Translations under genes and position numbers: made by a program
Notes under the pieces: model-generated
Databases searched by the model: none
What the model was told of the DNA's origin: nothing
What the model saw: the letters and a program-made list of their open reading frames with translations, nothing else
Origin: Felis catus
Taxonomy: Eukaryota
DNA: 64,000 nt
Direction: 5' to 3'
Assembly (NCBI RefSeq): GCF_018350175.1
Contig: NC_058368.1
Span: forward strand, 76,262,001 to 76,326,000
Shown here: positions 13,147-24,226 of the stretch, piece by piece
Position numbering within the stretch: position 1 is the stretch's first letter
How the letters are laid out: each line of letters opens with the position of its first letter

Positions 13147-14153
13147 TTGACAATTTTTTTTTAAATTTGAAGATACATAGGATGTTGAAGAATAAAATGA
13201 GAACTCACAAATACAGCAGGGAGAAGACACAGACGATGAATTGCATATAGGTAAAAGTCACTTCACAATTGAGGCAATCCTGAGCAACGTTTAAGATCTA
13301 ATATAACTGCATACTACCTACTCTAAAACACATACACACTTGAAATGGCCATATTTTCTCTCCAATTTTGAGGGCAAATTTTCTATATATTAAATATCAT
13401 TCTTTGGAAAAGGACAAAGACATAACAAAACAGAAATCTGGTAATTTTTCATTTCTATGAATTGTCATAGCCATTCTGCATGACGTTTTGTTTAGGAATT
13501 TTAGGAAATATGTGTGTCAATGACATTTGACAAAGGAAACACAAACAAGTTCAATTAAAATGGTCTATTAATGATAAAGCAGACTGCATATTCAACAAAC
13601 ATGGAATTATAGTAATATTCGTTACGATAGTAAAGTGGGAAGGATCATTTTCAGCCAGATTTATGATTGATGGAAAGAGAATTCCAAAGTGATTGTAAAA
13701 AAACAAAAAGCGAGCTGTAGTATGATCTCTAGGGGATTAAAAAAAAAGGAAGAAATGAAGATTATAGGCAGAAGAAGAGTATAAATTGTTTCTACAGAAA
13801 TGGTACGATTTTTAATTATAAGTGAAAGAACGATAATAAAAATAATAAGTAAATAGGATACGAACTGCTTGTATAAAAAAGCGTGTTCACTTTGAAACAA
13901 CACTAGTTAATAGAATATTAGTTCTAGCAAAGATGAAATTATTCCTCTCTTTATTATACATTAACATTTTCCCTCTCACATAATGCGTAATGAAGACATG
14001 AATGAGTGCAACAGAGCTCATAGCAAAATCTCAACTGATAAAAGTGTAGAATGAGGAGGTTGTTGGTTGGTTTGTTTGTTTCAAGTTAGGTACCTGGACA
14101 AGCCCTGTCTAGATAACATAAGCAAAGAGATGTAGTAAGTATCTGGAAAAGAT

Positions 14154-14354
14154 TTTTTTTTTTTGAGAGAGAGAGAGAGGGAGCGAGTGTGAGCAGGGAA
14201 GGGGCAGAAAGAGAGGGAGAGAGAGAATCCCAAGCAGGCTCCATGCGGCCAGCACAGAGCCCACCTAAGGGCTCAGTGGCACAAACCGTGAGATCATGAC
14301 CTGAGTCGAAATCAAGAGTTGGACACTTCACTGACTGAAACACCCAGGTGCCCC
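14154..14354 (-). mobile_element. Can-SINE
   Basis: TSD ctggaaaag. Confidence 0.93.
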
Positions 14355-14577
14355 TGGAAAAGCTTCGCCACACATGATGGAGCAAATAAACCCAAGCAAT
14401 TATTCCTGGCCCTCTCACAGGACAAAACTAGTCACAGGACTGAAAGGACCTGAGAATATTGTCATTTAAATGCACTGTCATGTTCCTCCGATATGTCGCA
14501 TGAATAAGAATTGATCTTTGGATCGCCTTAAAATGATATTGCCATTCTGAAAATTTAAAAAAAAAAAAAAAAAGGTA

Positions 14578-14870
14578 GGGGCACCTGGATGGCTCAGTTG
14601 CTTACGTGTCTAACTCTTGATTTCAGCTCAGGTCATGATCTCAGCGTTTACAAAATTGAGCCCCATGTAGGGCTCAGTGCGGACAGCACAGAGCCTGCTT
14701 GGGAATCTCTCTCTCTCGCTCTTGCTCTCGCTCTCGCTCTCGCTCTCGCTCTTGCTCTCGCTCTCTCTCAGTGTGTGTGTGTGTGTGTGTATGTGTGTGT
14801 GTGTGTGTGTGTGTCTGCCTCTATCCCATTCTGTCTCTCTTTCTCTCTCAAAATAAATAAACATTAAAAA
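14578..14870 (+). mobile_element. Can-SINE with compound (CTCGCT)n-(GT)n microsatellite
   Basis: Head gggcacctggatggctcag; hexamer and dinucleotide arrays at 14714-14813. Confidence 0.92.
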
Positions 14871-14882
14871 ATGAGGAATAAT

Positions 14883-15088
14883 TTTTTTTCAACATTTATT
14901 TTTGGGACAGAGAGAGACAGAGCATGAACGGGGGAGGGGCAGAGAGAGAGGGAGACACAGAATCGGAAACAGGCTCCAGGCTCCGAGCCATCAGCCCAGA
15001 GCCCGACGCGGGGCTCGAACTCCCGGACCGCGAGATCGTGACCTGGCTGAAGTCGGACGCTTAACCGACTGCGCCACCCAGGCGCCCC
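14883..15088 (-). mobile_element. Young SINEC_Fc
   Basis: TSD gaggaataatttttt (14873, 15089). Confidence 0.97.
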
Positions 15089-15238
15089 GAGGAATAATTT
15101 TTTCAGATGTGCCTGATTATTCCAGGCTTCTACACTATTTTAGGGTATGCTGCACAAAACAGAAGTGATTGGTCAATTTCATAAGAGAAAAAAATAAGCT
15201 TCCACTTTAAAATGATCTTTACAAGTTGTGTTAAATTT

Positions 15239-15456
15239 GGGGAGCCTGGGTGGCTCAGTCAGTTAAGCATCTGGCTTCGGCCCAGGTCACGATCTCACAG
15301 ATCAGTTTGTGAGCTTGAACCCCCGCGTCGAGCTCTGTGCTAACAGCATAGAGCCTGCTTCAGATTCTCTGCCTTGCTCTCTGTCTGCTCCTCCCTGCTC
15401 GCTCTCTGTCTCTCTCTCTCAAAATGGATAAATAAATAAACATTAAAAACAAAACC
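15239..15456 (+). mobile_element. Can-SINE
   Basis: TSD aa(g/a)ttgtgttaaattt. Confidence 0.93.
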
Positions 15457-15541
15457 AAATTGTGTTAAATTTGCAAAGCATGTTTGCCTTTTAAGATAAC
15501 TTTACTATAAAATTAATTAATAATCAAGATAGAAAATTTAA

Positions 15542-15661
15542 GGGGCACCTGGGTGGCTCAGTCAGTTGGGCGTCCAACTTTGGCTCCCGTCATGACCTCA
15601 TGATGGCCGATGAGTTCGAGCCCAGAGTTTGGCCTGTGCTGACAGCTGGGAGCCTGGAGCC
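15542..15661 (+). mobile_element. 3'-truncated Can-SINE
   Basis: Head to gagcctggagc; no CT segment or tail. Confidence 0.85.
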
Positions 15662-15740
15662 AGGAGTCTAAACATCCTACACGACACAGGAGAACCCCAC
15701 AAAAGGAAATTATCTGCCCCTAATGTCAATAGTGGGAACT
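15662..15740 (+). mobile_element. MER20 (hAT-Charlie) terminal fragment
   Basis: ctaaacatcctaca...cacagga...aattatctgcccctaatgtcaatagtg resembles the MER20 3' portion. Confidence 0.75.
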
Positions 15741-15881
15741 ATTTCAAGTAATGACAAACATTTTCTTATGGCTTAAATTATTTTAAAATATTTCAATAAT
15801 TGCCTAACATCACATGATTTATCATAAGATATTTAACCCTTTCACATTTGGGAAACTAATGGTATTTTAAAATTTTAGTTT

Positions 15882-16110
15882 GGGGGCACCTGGGTGGCTC
15901 AGTTGGTTAAGCATCCGATTTTGGCTAAGGTCATGATCTCATGGTTCATGGGTTCAAGCCCTGCATCGGGCTCTGTGCTGACAGCTCGGAGCCTGGAGCC
16001 CGCTTTGGATTCTGTGTCTCCCTCCCTCTCTGCCCCTCCCTCGCTCATGTTCTGTCTCTCTCTCAAAAATAAACATTTAAAACTTGTTTTAAAAATAAAA
16101 ATAAATAAAT
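15882..16110 (+). mobile_element. Can-SINE
   Basis: TSD taaaattttagtt. Confidence 0.95.
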
Positions 16111-16376
16111 AAAATTTTAGTTAGTCCCAATACATGTCAAATATCAAATTTGATTTTTTTATTTGTTTAGAGAAACTCCATGACATTTCTTTCACCTTCC
16201 CTTAAGTCTAAAGGCCCTGCTGAGTTCATATTGTAATTTTTATTAGGTAATGTGAAGTTTGCTTCCCAAATGCTTGAAGAGGGTTTCAGAATATTGTGAT
16301 CTTCTCTGCTCTTTAATAACTTCTAAAAATACCCATTTACATTAAGGGCCTGATACTCATCATACCCTCTGTTGAC

Positions 16377-16377
<1 letters not shown>

Positions 16378-16420
<43 letters not shown>
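16378..16420 (+). repeat. (AAT)n microsatellite
   Basis: Read directly, ~14 units. Confidence 0.98.
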
Positions 16421-18225
16421 GATTCTAATGTTTATTTGCTTGATAAATGAAAAAAATTACTCTTCATACTATACTCTCAAATTAAGCCACATTACAGCCA
16501 TTTTAACATGCCTGAGGTGGTTGCTACTTGATTCCTTGCTTTTTGAAGCAATGTAACATTATGCACAAACAGCTCACACTCGGGTCTCCCCAAAACCCAA
16601 AACAAAAAAGCCAACCCCCCCAAACAAAAACCAGATTGAAGACATGAAGACTTATTTTAGACATTTTCACGAATACACAAAACCACCCATTTTCTCCCCT
16701 ATCAATTTTCCTAAATGTACAACTTATCAGTAGGTTTATACCACCGTTTCTATGTGTCACGAATTGTTAGAACATAAGTCAGTTAGGAAAAACAGTTTTT
16801 CTTCTGTGTCATTGTGTAAATGCCAGGGTGAAGGGTGCTTCCGTAAGAAACACAACATAGGTTTCTTTGTGACGTTTCAGTAGCTTTGTGGGCATTTTCT
16901 GATCATGGCGTGGACATCCATCATATGTATCATGCCCTACCCTATGAACCTCACATTATCGTCTCCCCCAGTAGCTAAATCAAACACTTTGATGAGGAAA
17001 TGTAAAGGAGAAATAGGGCCACTCCCCCTTCCCCAAGTAAATACCATCAGACTAGAACCCCAGTTGAAATTAACTGCGACCTGATGAGAGCTCTCTGTCA
17101 GGTGGTCCCAACAACGGTCTGAAGCCTGTAAGGACAGACCATCATTGATGTGAGGGGGCTCTACATGAGGTTCAGGAAGTGGGGGAGAAGAGGCGAAGGG
17201 CACGTATACGAAAGATGTCACCTCTGGTGAAATGTTTCTGTCACCTTCCCTGAGTTCAGACAATGATTGCAGTGAATGAGTCCATGGCCAGCTTTCTCAT
17301 TTCTACCTATCTGAAGAGAAGAGCTCTGGGCAGCCTCCCTCATATCCATGAGAAGCTAACATGTACTAAGAAGCACCCGTGTACAATATTCTGCACCGTA
17401 ATAATTTTATGTTGCTCGTGTGTGTGTGTCCGTGTGTGAAACATCACTCTACGTCCAACCATATTAGAGATTTCCTTTTGTTAGTGTTTGCGGGTCCTAT
17501 TCGATACCTCCTGACGTCACAGTCTAATTGATATCTTTGGAAACAGTCAGTCTGTCACCTAGCATACGATGCCAGCTAAAGTCTTAGTGTCTTCCTTTCT
17601 CTCTGTGTCCAGTTTGGTTGTGAAGGCATCGTTCTCATCAGGGTAGAGGCTCTCCTGTAGGCGGAAGTGATTCAACCAGGGTAAGTCATCTGAGGTATGC
17701 ACCCCCATACCTGGTCACAGAGGGAGTGGTCCCCTCCCATGGACCTTCATTTTGCTCTGAGGCCTGATGCCACAGAGCTGTCATCTCACTAACAGTGGGT
17801 TGTTCTTTGCAATTGGACTTTTCTCCCCTTACCAAGCGGCCTGTATCTTTCCGCCCTAAACTGTATCTTCCATTTGAAGGCAATTTTCAAATTAAGCGTA
17901 AGTCCATGTGACTGAGATTGACCTCAAACCTTGATCACGCGATCTCTTACATTTAAGACATTTAATTTCCGTTATTAATATTTTTCATTGTAAAGGGGAG
18001 ATCAACATAAGTATAGGTCTTTGAATTAAAGGCATTTGGAAACGTTAAATAAATAATATTAAGACCTATCTTATTTAGTAAGTTGCTGGAGACATTTGCA
18101 GTAGTGAGGTCTAGTATATTACATATCCATTGTTTTTTTTACAGATAACGGATCAATAATCCCCCTCCGTGTTAAGTAGGAACACTCCCTAAGGAGGGAG
18201 GGGGGAGGAGCTCTTACTTGTATAC

Positions 18226-18300
18226 CACTTCCGGTTTCCCTCTCTGCCTCCTCCCTTCTGCCATATCTGAGGGCTGGTGTATTTTATCAGACCGGAAGTT
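18226..18300. promoter_or_regulatory. Inverted pair of consensus ETS sites in a GGA/CCT-rich context
   Basis: acttccggt 18227-18235 and accggaagt 18291-18299; ggagggagggggg at 18193-18205. Confidence 0.5.
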
Positions 18301-18499
18301 TGGGTGAACGATGGAAATCCTCACTCTGCCCCCTCCTCCTGACGAGGCCAGCTGCCTCTGTCGAACTAACTGGAATTGTGTTGGTCAAGTCTGTGTGATC
18401 CTAGAATTCGGGGTGAGAAACTCGTTACCACAGAGCCGACGCAGTCCTCCAACCTAGCCTTGACCCTGAGGGAAGCAGCCATCTGCATCTCCTTCTACA

Positions 18500-18900
18500 T
18501 GCCCTTCCATCTGTCACTCAGTCACTGAGCCTCTTCCAACACCCGAGTGTAAGGCCACCAGAGCTTCCCTACGGATCACGTGGCACCATTGATTCGGAGC
18601 AAGTGCACGGTTCCCACTGACATTCCTAAGGACTGTTGTGAACACCTGTTCTCGCGAAATAGCACTTCTGCAGCCCTCAGGTCTGCAACATTTAAGCAAA
18701 TTTTTTCCGGCAGCATTCCATTCATTCCTGCCAAATCTGTTGGGATCTGGAGTTACTAACATGCGTGCCATTTTTCTCGACTTAATTTCATCTTGAAATT
18801 TGATTGAAACGAGCTTTATGTCTTTGTCAAAGTTATCCATGTCTGCTGACTAGGATGAGCCTGGTGAGGCTACCAGCACTCACTGAAAATGTCCTCCGCT
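18500..18900 (-). mobile_element. L3/CR1 LINE fossil, reverse-transcriptase region
   Basis: Translation DNFDKDIKLVSIKFQDEIK...PNQWCHVIRREALVALH resembles CR1 NDLDEGIE..LIKFADDTKL...MSQQC..AAKKANAILG. Confidence 0.7.
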
Positions 18901-18959
18901 TTCCAACTCAATCTATTTATCAGTCTTCTCTCTTACGGTCCTCCAAACTGTCCAATTTG

Positions 18960-19260
18960 TTTTATAACAGAAGCGTAAGTGCTATGTCGTGAAATGCACA
19001 GGTCTTAAATGAACACTTTAATTAAGTATAACAAACGCATACATCCTTGTAACACACCCCCTTTCGAGATACAGAACAATTCCTTGCCTCCAAAAATGGC
19101 TCTCAGGCCCTTTTATCAATTGGTTCCCTCCCATGGGGGCAACTGCTGTTTGATTTTTGTCACCGCCGACAAGCGTTTCCTATCACTTCTGACTGAGTTC
19201 TGTAGGTTCTGCGAATCCTTGTCTTTGGTCTTTGTCTTACATAAGGATGGCGCTGAATGG
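18960..19260 (-). mobile_element. Old L1M 3' UTR fragment
   Basis: gtgaaatgcacaggtcttaa...catccttgtaac...agatacagaacaattcc resembles antisense L1M 3' ends. Confidence 0.6.
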
Positions 19261-19516
19261 TTACTACTTTATGTCTTATTAACCAATGGCAGAGATCCGT
19301 AATCGGCTTAAGAACTTACTCAAAAATCATTCTAATACTGAAGTGTGGTGTTGACAGTTGTTTTGAGCTTAGATTTATCTAGCACGATCTACAAGGTATC
19401 TACTGCCTGTTAGTTATTATCCCAGAAATGGGGTTTCATTTTCTATGAATGTGTATCCCTCTCTGTTTTATCTCTGAACACTGCTCACTCAGCTCGCCGT
19501 GGATTCTTCCCACATT

Positions 19517-19715
19517 CAGGTGCCAAGCTTAGAAAAACAAAAACGATACACACAGAACTGGGTGCTCACTTAAATTTGAAGTTTTGACAAATAATAATAT
19601 TTTACTCTGTGTCTCCAATGTTACAAAAGACATACTTCTCTTTTTCAAGAGCTATTCAGCATTCATCAGAATTTCAAGTTCAAGTGGGCATCCGGTATAG
19701 TATCTGAAAACCCTA
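19517..19715. mobile_element. MER53-like palindromic hAT MITE
   Basis: Ends caggtgccaag / tatctgaaaacccta; internal inverted arms cacttaaatttgaa / ttcaagttcaagtg. Confidence 0.75.
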
Positions 19716-20131
19716 TCCCACATGAATTGTATTCCACTAATCCTACAATAATGAGGCAAATATTATAATCCTTTTGGCATGAAGATCAACTTCTCTTAGG
19801 AGTACCAAACTGAAAATAGATTTTCCCAACAGGATGAATCACAAGGCATGATACTTCCCAGGTAACACCATTTAACACGGCACCGGCTGTCGCACTTCAT
19901 TGGTAAAACCTTTGATTTTTTTTCTTGAGGCTCTTTATGGTGTGTTTGGTTATGAGGGAGTTACGCAGAAAGTGAACGGAAGTCTCCACCACAGGCCCTC
20001 GGCTCTGTTTGTGGCTCTAGGAAGGCTTCTTGGAGGAAGTCAGGCTGAAATATTGATCTCCATTTCCTTCCGTGTCCCCTGTTACTACCACTCATGCTGT
20101 TGCCATGGCTTATCTTCAACCCTATATGCAA

Positions 20132-20300
20132 GGTTGCAGTTCTCAACACTGTGATTTGGAATCACCTGGGGAAATTTCACAAATCCCATTATTCAGGTTC
20201 TCTCCCCAATAAATTAGGTCAGAATCTCTGAGAGTGGGTCTAAGGCATTTGTAAGCTCCCCAGGTCACTGCAGCATGCAAGCAAAGTTGAGAAATAGTGC
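20132..20300 (+). mobile_element. MER5A-like hAT-Charlie MITE
   Basis: TIR-like ttctcaac / gttgagaa; internal ggaatcacctgggga, tcagaatctctg, aagctccccaggt. Confidence 0.8.
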
Positions 20301-21833
20301 TCTCTACCAACCTGACGGGCTGCATTCCATACATTTACAACAAATGTGGGCTAGCTTTTGCCTCCCACAGTCCCCTCCCCAGTCAGCAATTCACAGCGAT
20401 CTCTCAAACTCTTGTTTTGTTCTCTGCTGATTCTTGAGTCTATCCTTTATTTTTAAATTTGGTTTTGGAATGTCATCTCCCTAGGTTCTGATTCCCAATG
20501 ATCTCTTAAGGACTTGGCTCAGGGTCACCTCCATGGCTTTCCCTCTCCAAACACCTCGCTATCCTCTGCTAGCCCGCCCATCAAGACCCCACTGCTAGGT
20601 CTGCTGGTAGCTAGGATCACGCCACAGCATGGCAGGCCTACCTAGGGCCTGTGCACAGAGGAATTTTAACCGTTCTGTTCCACACGTTGCCAATCCATCC
20701 CGTGATGGCTTCCTGAGCACTCATAAATCTTCTCTCTCTCACACTAATCATAGGGAAGATTTAAGCCCTCTGCCTCCCTCTAAGGACTCCAGATAATAGA
20801 ATTCCCGGTTCATGGGTGCTTGTATTGAGCACCACAATTACAAATTAAGTCACGACTTATGGAGTGGAAGACCAGACCACAAGTAAACAAAGAGCGAAAT
20901 ATCACTTGGGAAGCACTCAACTCTTCCAAGTTGTTGTAGCTGCCCCATGTGTGTGGCTGGGGTAGAGCTCCACTTCTTTAATAAATAATGCGATATCTAG
21001 GCAGAATTTGGGAGAAAAACATTGCCACTCCTACCACCTTCTCTCTCCGTCTTGGTAAATGGACAGCGTTTATTAATTAGCACTTATTCTTTGGGCTTTA
21101 CATTCAACAGAGAAACCTACCTAAATAAAAACAAACCTCGTAAACAGTCTTAGAAAACTAGCCAATCAAAACAGAACAGATGGTCAAGTAGCAGTATTTC
21201 TATCAGGGAAAATTATGTTGAAAGAGGTAAGTTATTGCTTTACACATCCTTCAGGTGGCTGACAAAAAGAAAAGAAAGAAAAAGAGAACAAGAGGAAAAT
21301 TTCAGCCAAGTTGGTTTTTTTAAACACTTGATTTGGATAATGTAAAAAACACATGTGTCTCTTAAATGAATTTTACCATATATGGGTTTTTAAATGCAGT
21401 GACTAATGCTCACATTTCTAAGAATTATTCTTGGCACCGAATCTATTTAGATACCGTGTTTAAGCCAAGAGAAACACCATCATATGCCTTTCTAGATATT
21501 GTACACAAAAACACTAAAAGGTACACCACGGCTTTTCGTATAAATGCTATCTTACCTTAAAAATCTGAAAGGTTGCTTTTGAATTACATTGAAATTTATT
21601 TCTCCATCATTGTACATAAAAAAGTGCTTCCCTATAGTAAAGAGATAATAATCCTTTACCTCTGTATGTCACTTTTTTCTCCAAAGAAAGTAACACAAAT
21701 AATAATAATAAAAAAACTTCCACTGCCAGTTACTTTACACACATGTATGAAAAGAAAACAGAATGAATAAAAGCTAAAAGCATGTCCATATCCTGAAGTG
21801 CCATTAGCCAAAGAATGGAGTGATTTTTGACTA

Positions 21834-21839
21834 TTTATT
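21834..21839 (-). terminator. Candidate polyadenylation signal AATAAA
   Basis: tttatt on + strand ~165 nt past the stop, with a U-rich tract further downstream on the minus strand (~21780-21750). Alternatives at 21595-21600 and 21069-21074. Confidence 0.4.
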
Positions 21840-22002
21840 TTCCCCTGTATGGCTAAGAAAACATAATATTACATGTACATTTAAACAAAACTTTCTCTAT
21901 GGTGGAACATACACATATATATTCAAGGTTTAATTCAAGGTGTTGACATCATCCTTCACACCACTCGATACAGTCTGGATCCTGGTTTCCGCAGGGATTA
22001 CT

Positions 22003-22062
22003 TCAGCAATAACTAGTAAGATAACTTGGCTCCGGGCACTGCCTCGAGTTGAAATATCTACC
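22003..22062 (-). CDS. Candidate last coding exon, GRYFNSRQCPEPSYLTSYC* (phase 0)
   Basis: Acceptor cacttatgccttggttctcag|GGT; CpG-retaining unique sequence; phase matches the 57 kb exon; TGA at 22005-22003, then AT-rich UTR-like sequence and AATAAA. Confidence 0.5.
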   Translation of the reverse strand, partial: GRYFNSRQCPEPSYLTSYC

Positions 22063-23789
22063 CTGAGAACCAAGGCATAAGTGCTTTAAACTGGGCTCCA
22101 CCAGAGACACTCACACTTAAGACAAATTATCAGTTTCCTGTTTTTCTTGGTTTCTCAAAGGGATGTCCTGCCCCAAATAAAGCATAGTTTTAACCTAGGG
22201 AGACAGTTTTTTTTCTTTACCCTTAACTGAAGATCCATTCCTTCCTACTTACTGGGCTGGCGAACCTTCCTAATGGAAGGACTATAGCAAAGGCACACAT
22301 GGAACAGGGATGAGGAAGCAAATGTGAGTCTATCCATCCAGCCAAGTGAACAAAATCAACTTTGGCTATAAAGAGATGTTGGACTTGTAGGCTTATGTCT
22401 CTCACTTTTATTCTTCTATCCCACAGCAAACGCAGAACACCAGTATGTTAGTCCTTGCACGATGGGTTGGGACCCACCTCTGCCATTTTAAGGCTTACAG
22501 TTCGTGTCATCCTATGTCAATGTTCACTAAATAATGAGTCAAGAGTTCATTTTAACATCTCAAATATTCACATACTTTGTTTAAAAGAATAAGTATGATG
22601 TCAGTTATCAAGAAGCTATCTAATACCTTAACGTATATACTTTTAAAACTTTTAGAAGCATATGAGCTTACAGAATACAGGTAGTGAAAAGGTCCCTGAT
22701 GATTGTCGCTTTTATAAGAAAAATGAGCATGTATTCAGGCTGTAAAATCAACTATACGTTCTGCATTTGCCCATCAAAGAGGGAAAAAATGAACTAATGG
22801 GCCTTCTCAAACAAATATGGCTGAGCTGATATTAAATGGTTGTATTCTCAGACCCTAGTCACTGCTTAGCTTATAGCAGATGATATAAACCAATATCATA
22901 TAGCAGATGATATAGACCTTATATGGCTACAAGGGTCTTCAGTTGAACTTGGGGAATTCATACATGGAGCACTCCAGATTGTTAGAGTAGTGATTATTTG
23001 TGGAGGGTGAGACCTTGTCCCATAATCTGAAGGAGAATTTTGGTTTAAGGGGATTTCACCCAATTCCTCTTAAAAGATAAACCTGAACATGGATAATTAG
23101 AACACATAAAGATTTCAAAATGTTTTGAAACCAAAAGAAACAATTCTGTATAATGCTTGACTTCTGAGAGGCCTCGTATCAGCCAAAACTTAGTAGATAA
23201 TCAGGAAAATGACAACCAGTGTTGGCTCTTCACTGGCTCACTCTCGCTCAGACCAAGAAAATTTTCCATACTGCCTCCGCCATATTGTCCAGTCTAGGTG
23301 AACGCATAAAGTTCCTCTCTTAAAATTCAAAACTTATTAGGATGAGGTAACAGTCACTCAGAAGAAAGGCAATGGCCAAAAAGACTAGCGCACTTTTCCA
23401 GAACTAAGAGAAGTAGGTGAGCCCAAACGGGGAGGACTGATGAGAATGGGAGATTCAAAAGAAACCGGCACAGCAAGAACACCCCGAGAAGGCAGAAGAC
23501 AACACAAGGCAAACACAGGGTCCCAAAGACAAGGCATGAAAATCGCCAATTTTGTTCAAGGCTGGACATACATTCACTTCGCATATTTCTTGGGAACTTA
23601 AAAACATCTCAGTACTGCTCAAGGTTATACCCTCAGGTGAATCTGGTTTTTCTATTCTTGAAAATTGAAGTCAGTAAATACCATACTGTCTTCTTTAGTT
23701 ATTTGCTCCATGGCTTGAGCTAAATAGACCCCACATAACTATTTTCCATAACTTAGGAAAGACTAACACGTTTAAGAATTATTTCTAAG

Positions 23790-23992
23790 TTTATTTATTT
23801 ATTTTGAGAGAGAGAGACAGAGAGTTTGGGCAGGGGAGAGGCAGAGAGAAAGGGAGAGAGAGAATCCCAAGCAGGCTCCTGCACTGTCAGCATGGAGCCT
23901 GATGTGGGGCTCGAACCCAAGAAATGTGAGATCATGATCTGAGCTGAAATCAAGAGTTAAATGCTCAACCAACTGAGTCACCCAGACGCCCC
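23790..23992 (-). mobile_element. Can-SINE in or next to the L1 poly(A) tail
   Basis: Reverse head ends cccagacgcccc at 23992. Confidence 0.92.
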
Positions 23993-24226
23993 ATTCATTT
24001 TTATTTTATTTTATTTTTCCTTTCCAAGTTTTTATTTAAATTCCAGTTAGTTAACACACAGTGTAATAGTAGTTTCAGGCATAGAATTTGGTGATTCACC
24101 ACTTACATACAATACTCGGTGCTCATCACAGCAAGTGCCCTCCTTCATCCCCGTCACCCATCTAGCCCATCCCCCCACCCACCTCTCTCCAGTAACCACC
24201 TCTCTATAGTTAAGACTCTGTCTCAC
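23993..24226 (-). mobile_element. Carnivore L1 3' terminus (non-inverted part)
   Basis: T-rich tail then ttccagttagttaaca...ggtgattcaccacttacatacaa...gtgctcatcaca, an antisense carnivore L1 3' UTR. Confidence 0.9.

Noticed and set aside
16937..17263. 108-aa minus-strand ORF
   Set aside because: No splice context or recognisable homology.
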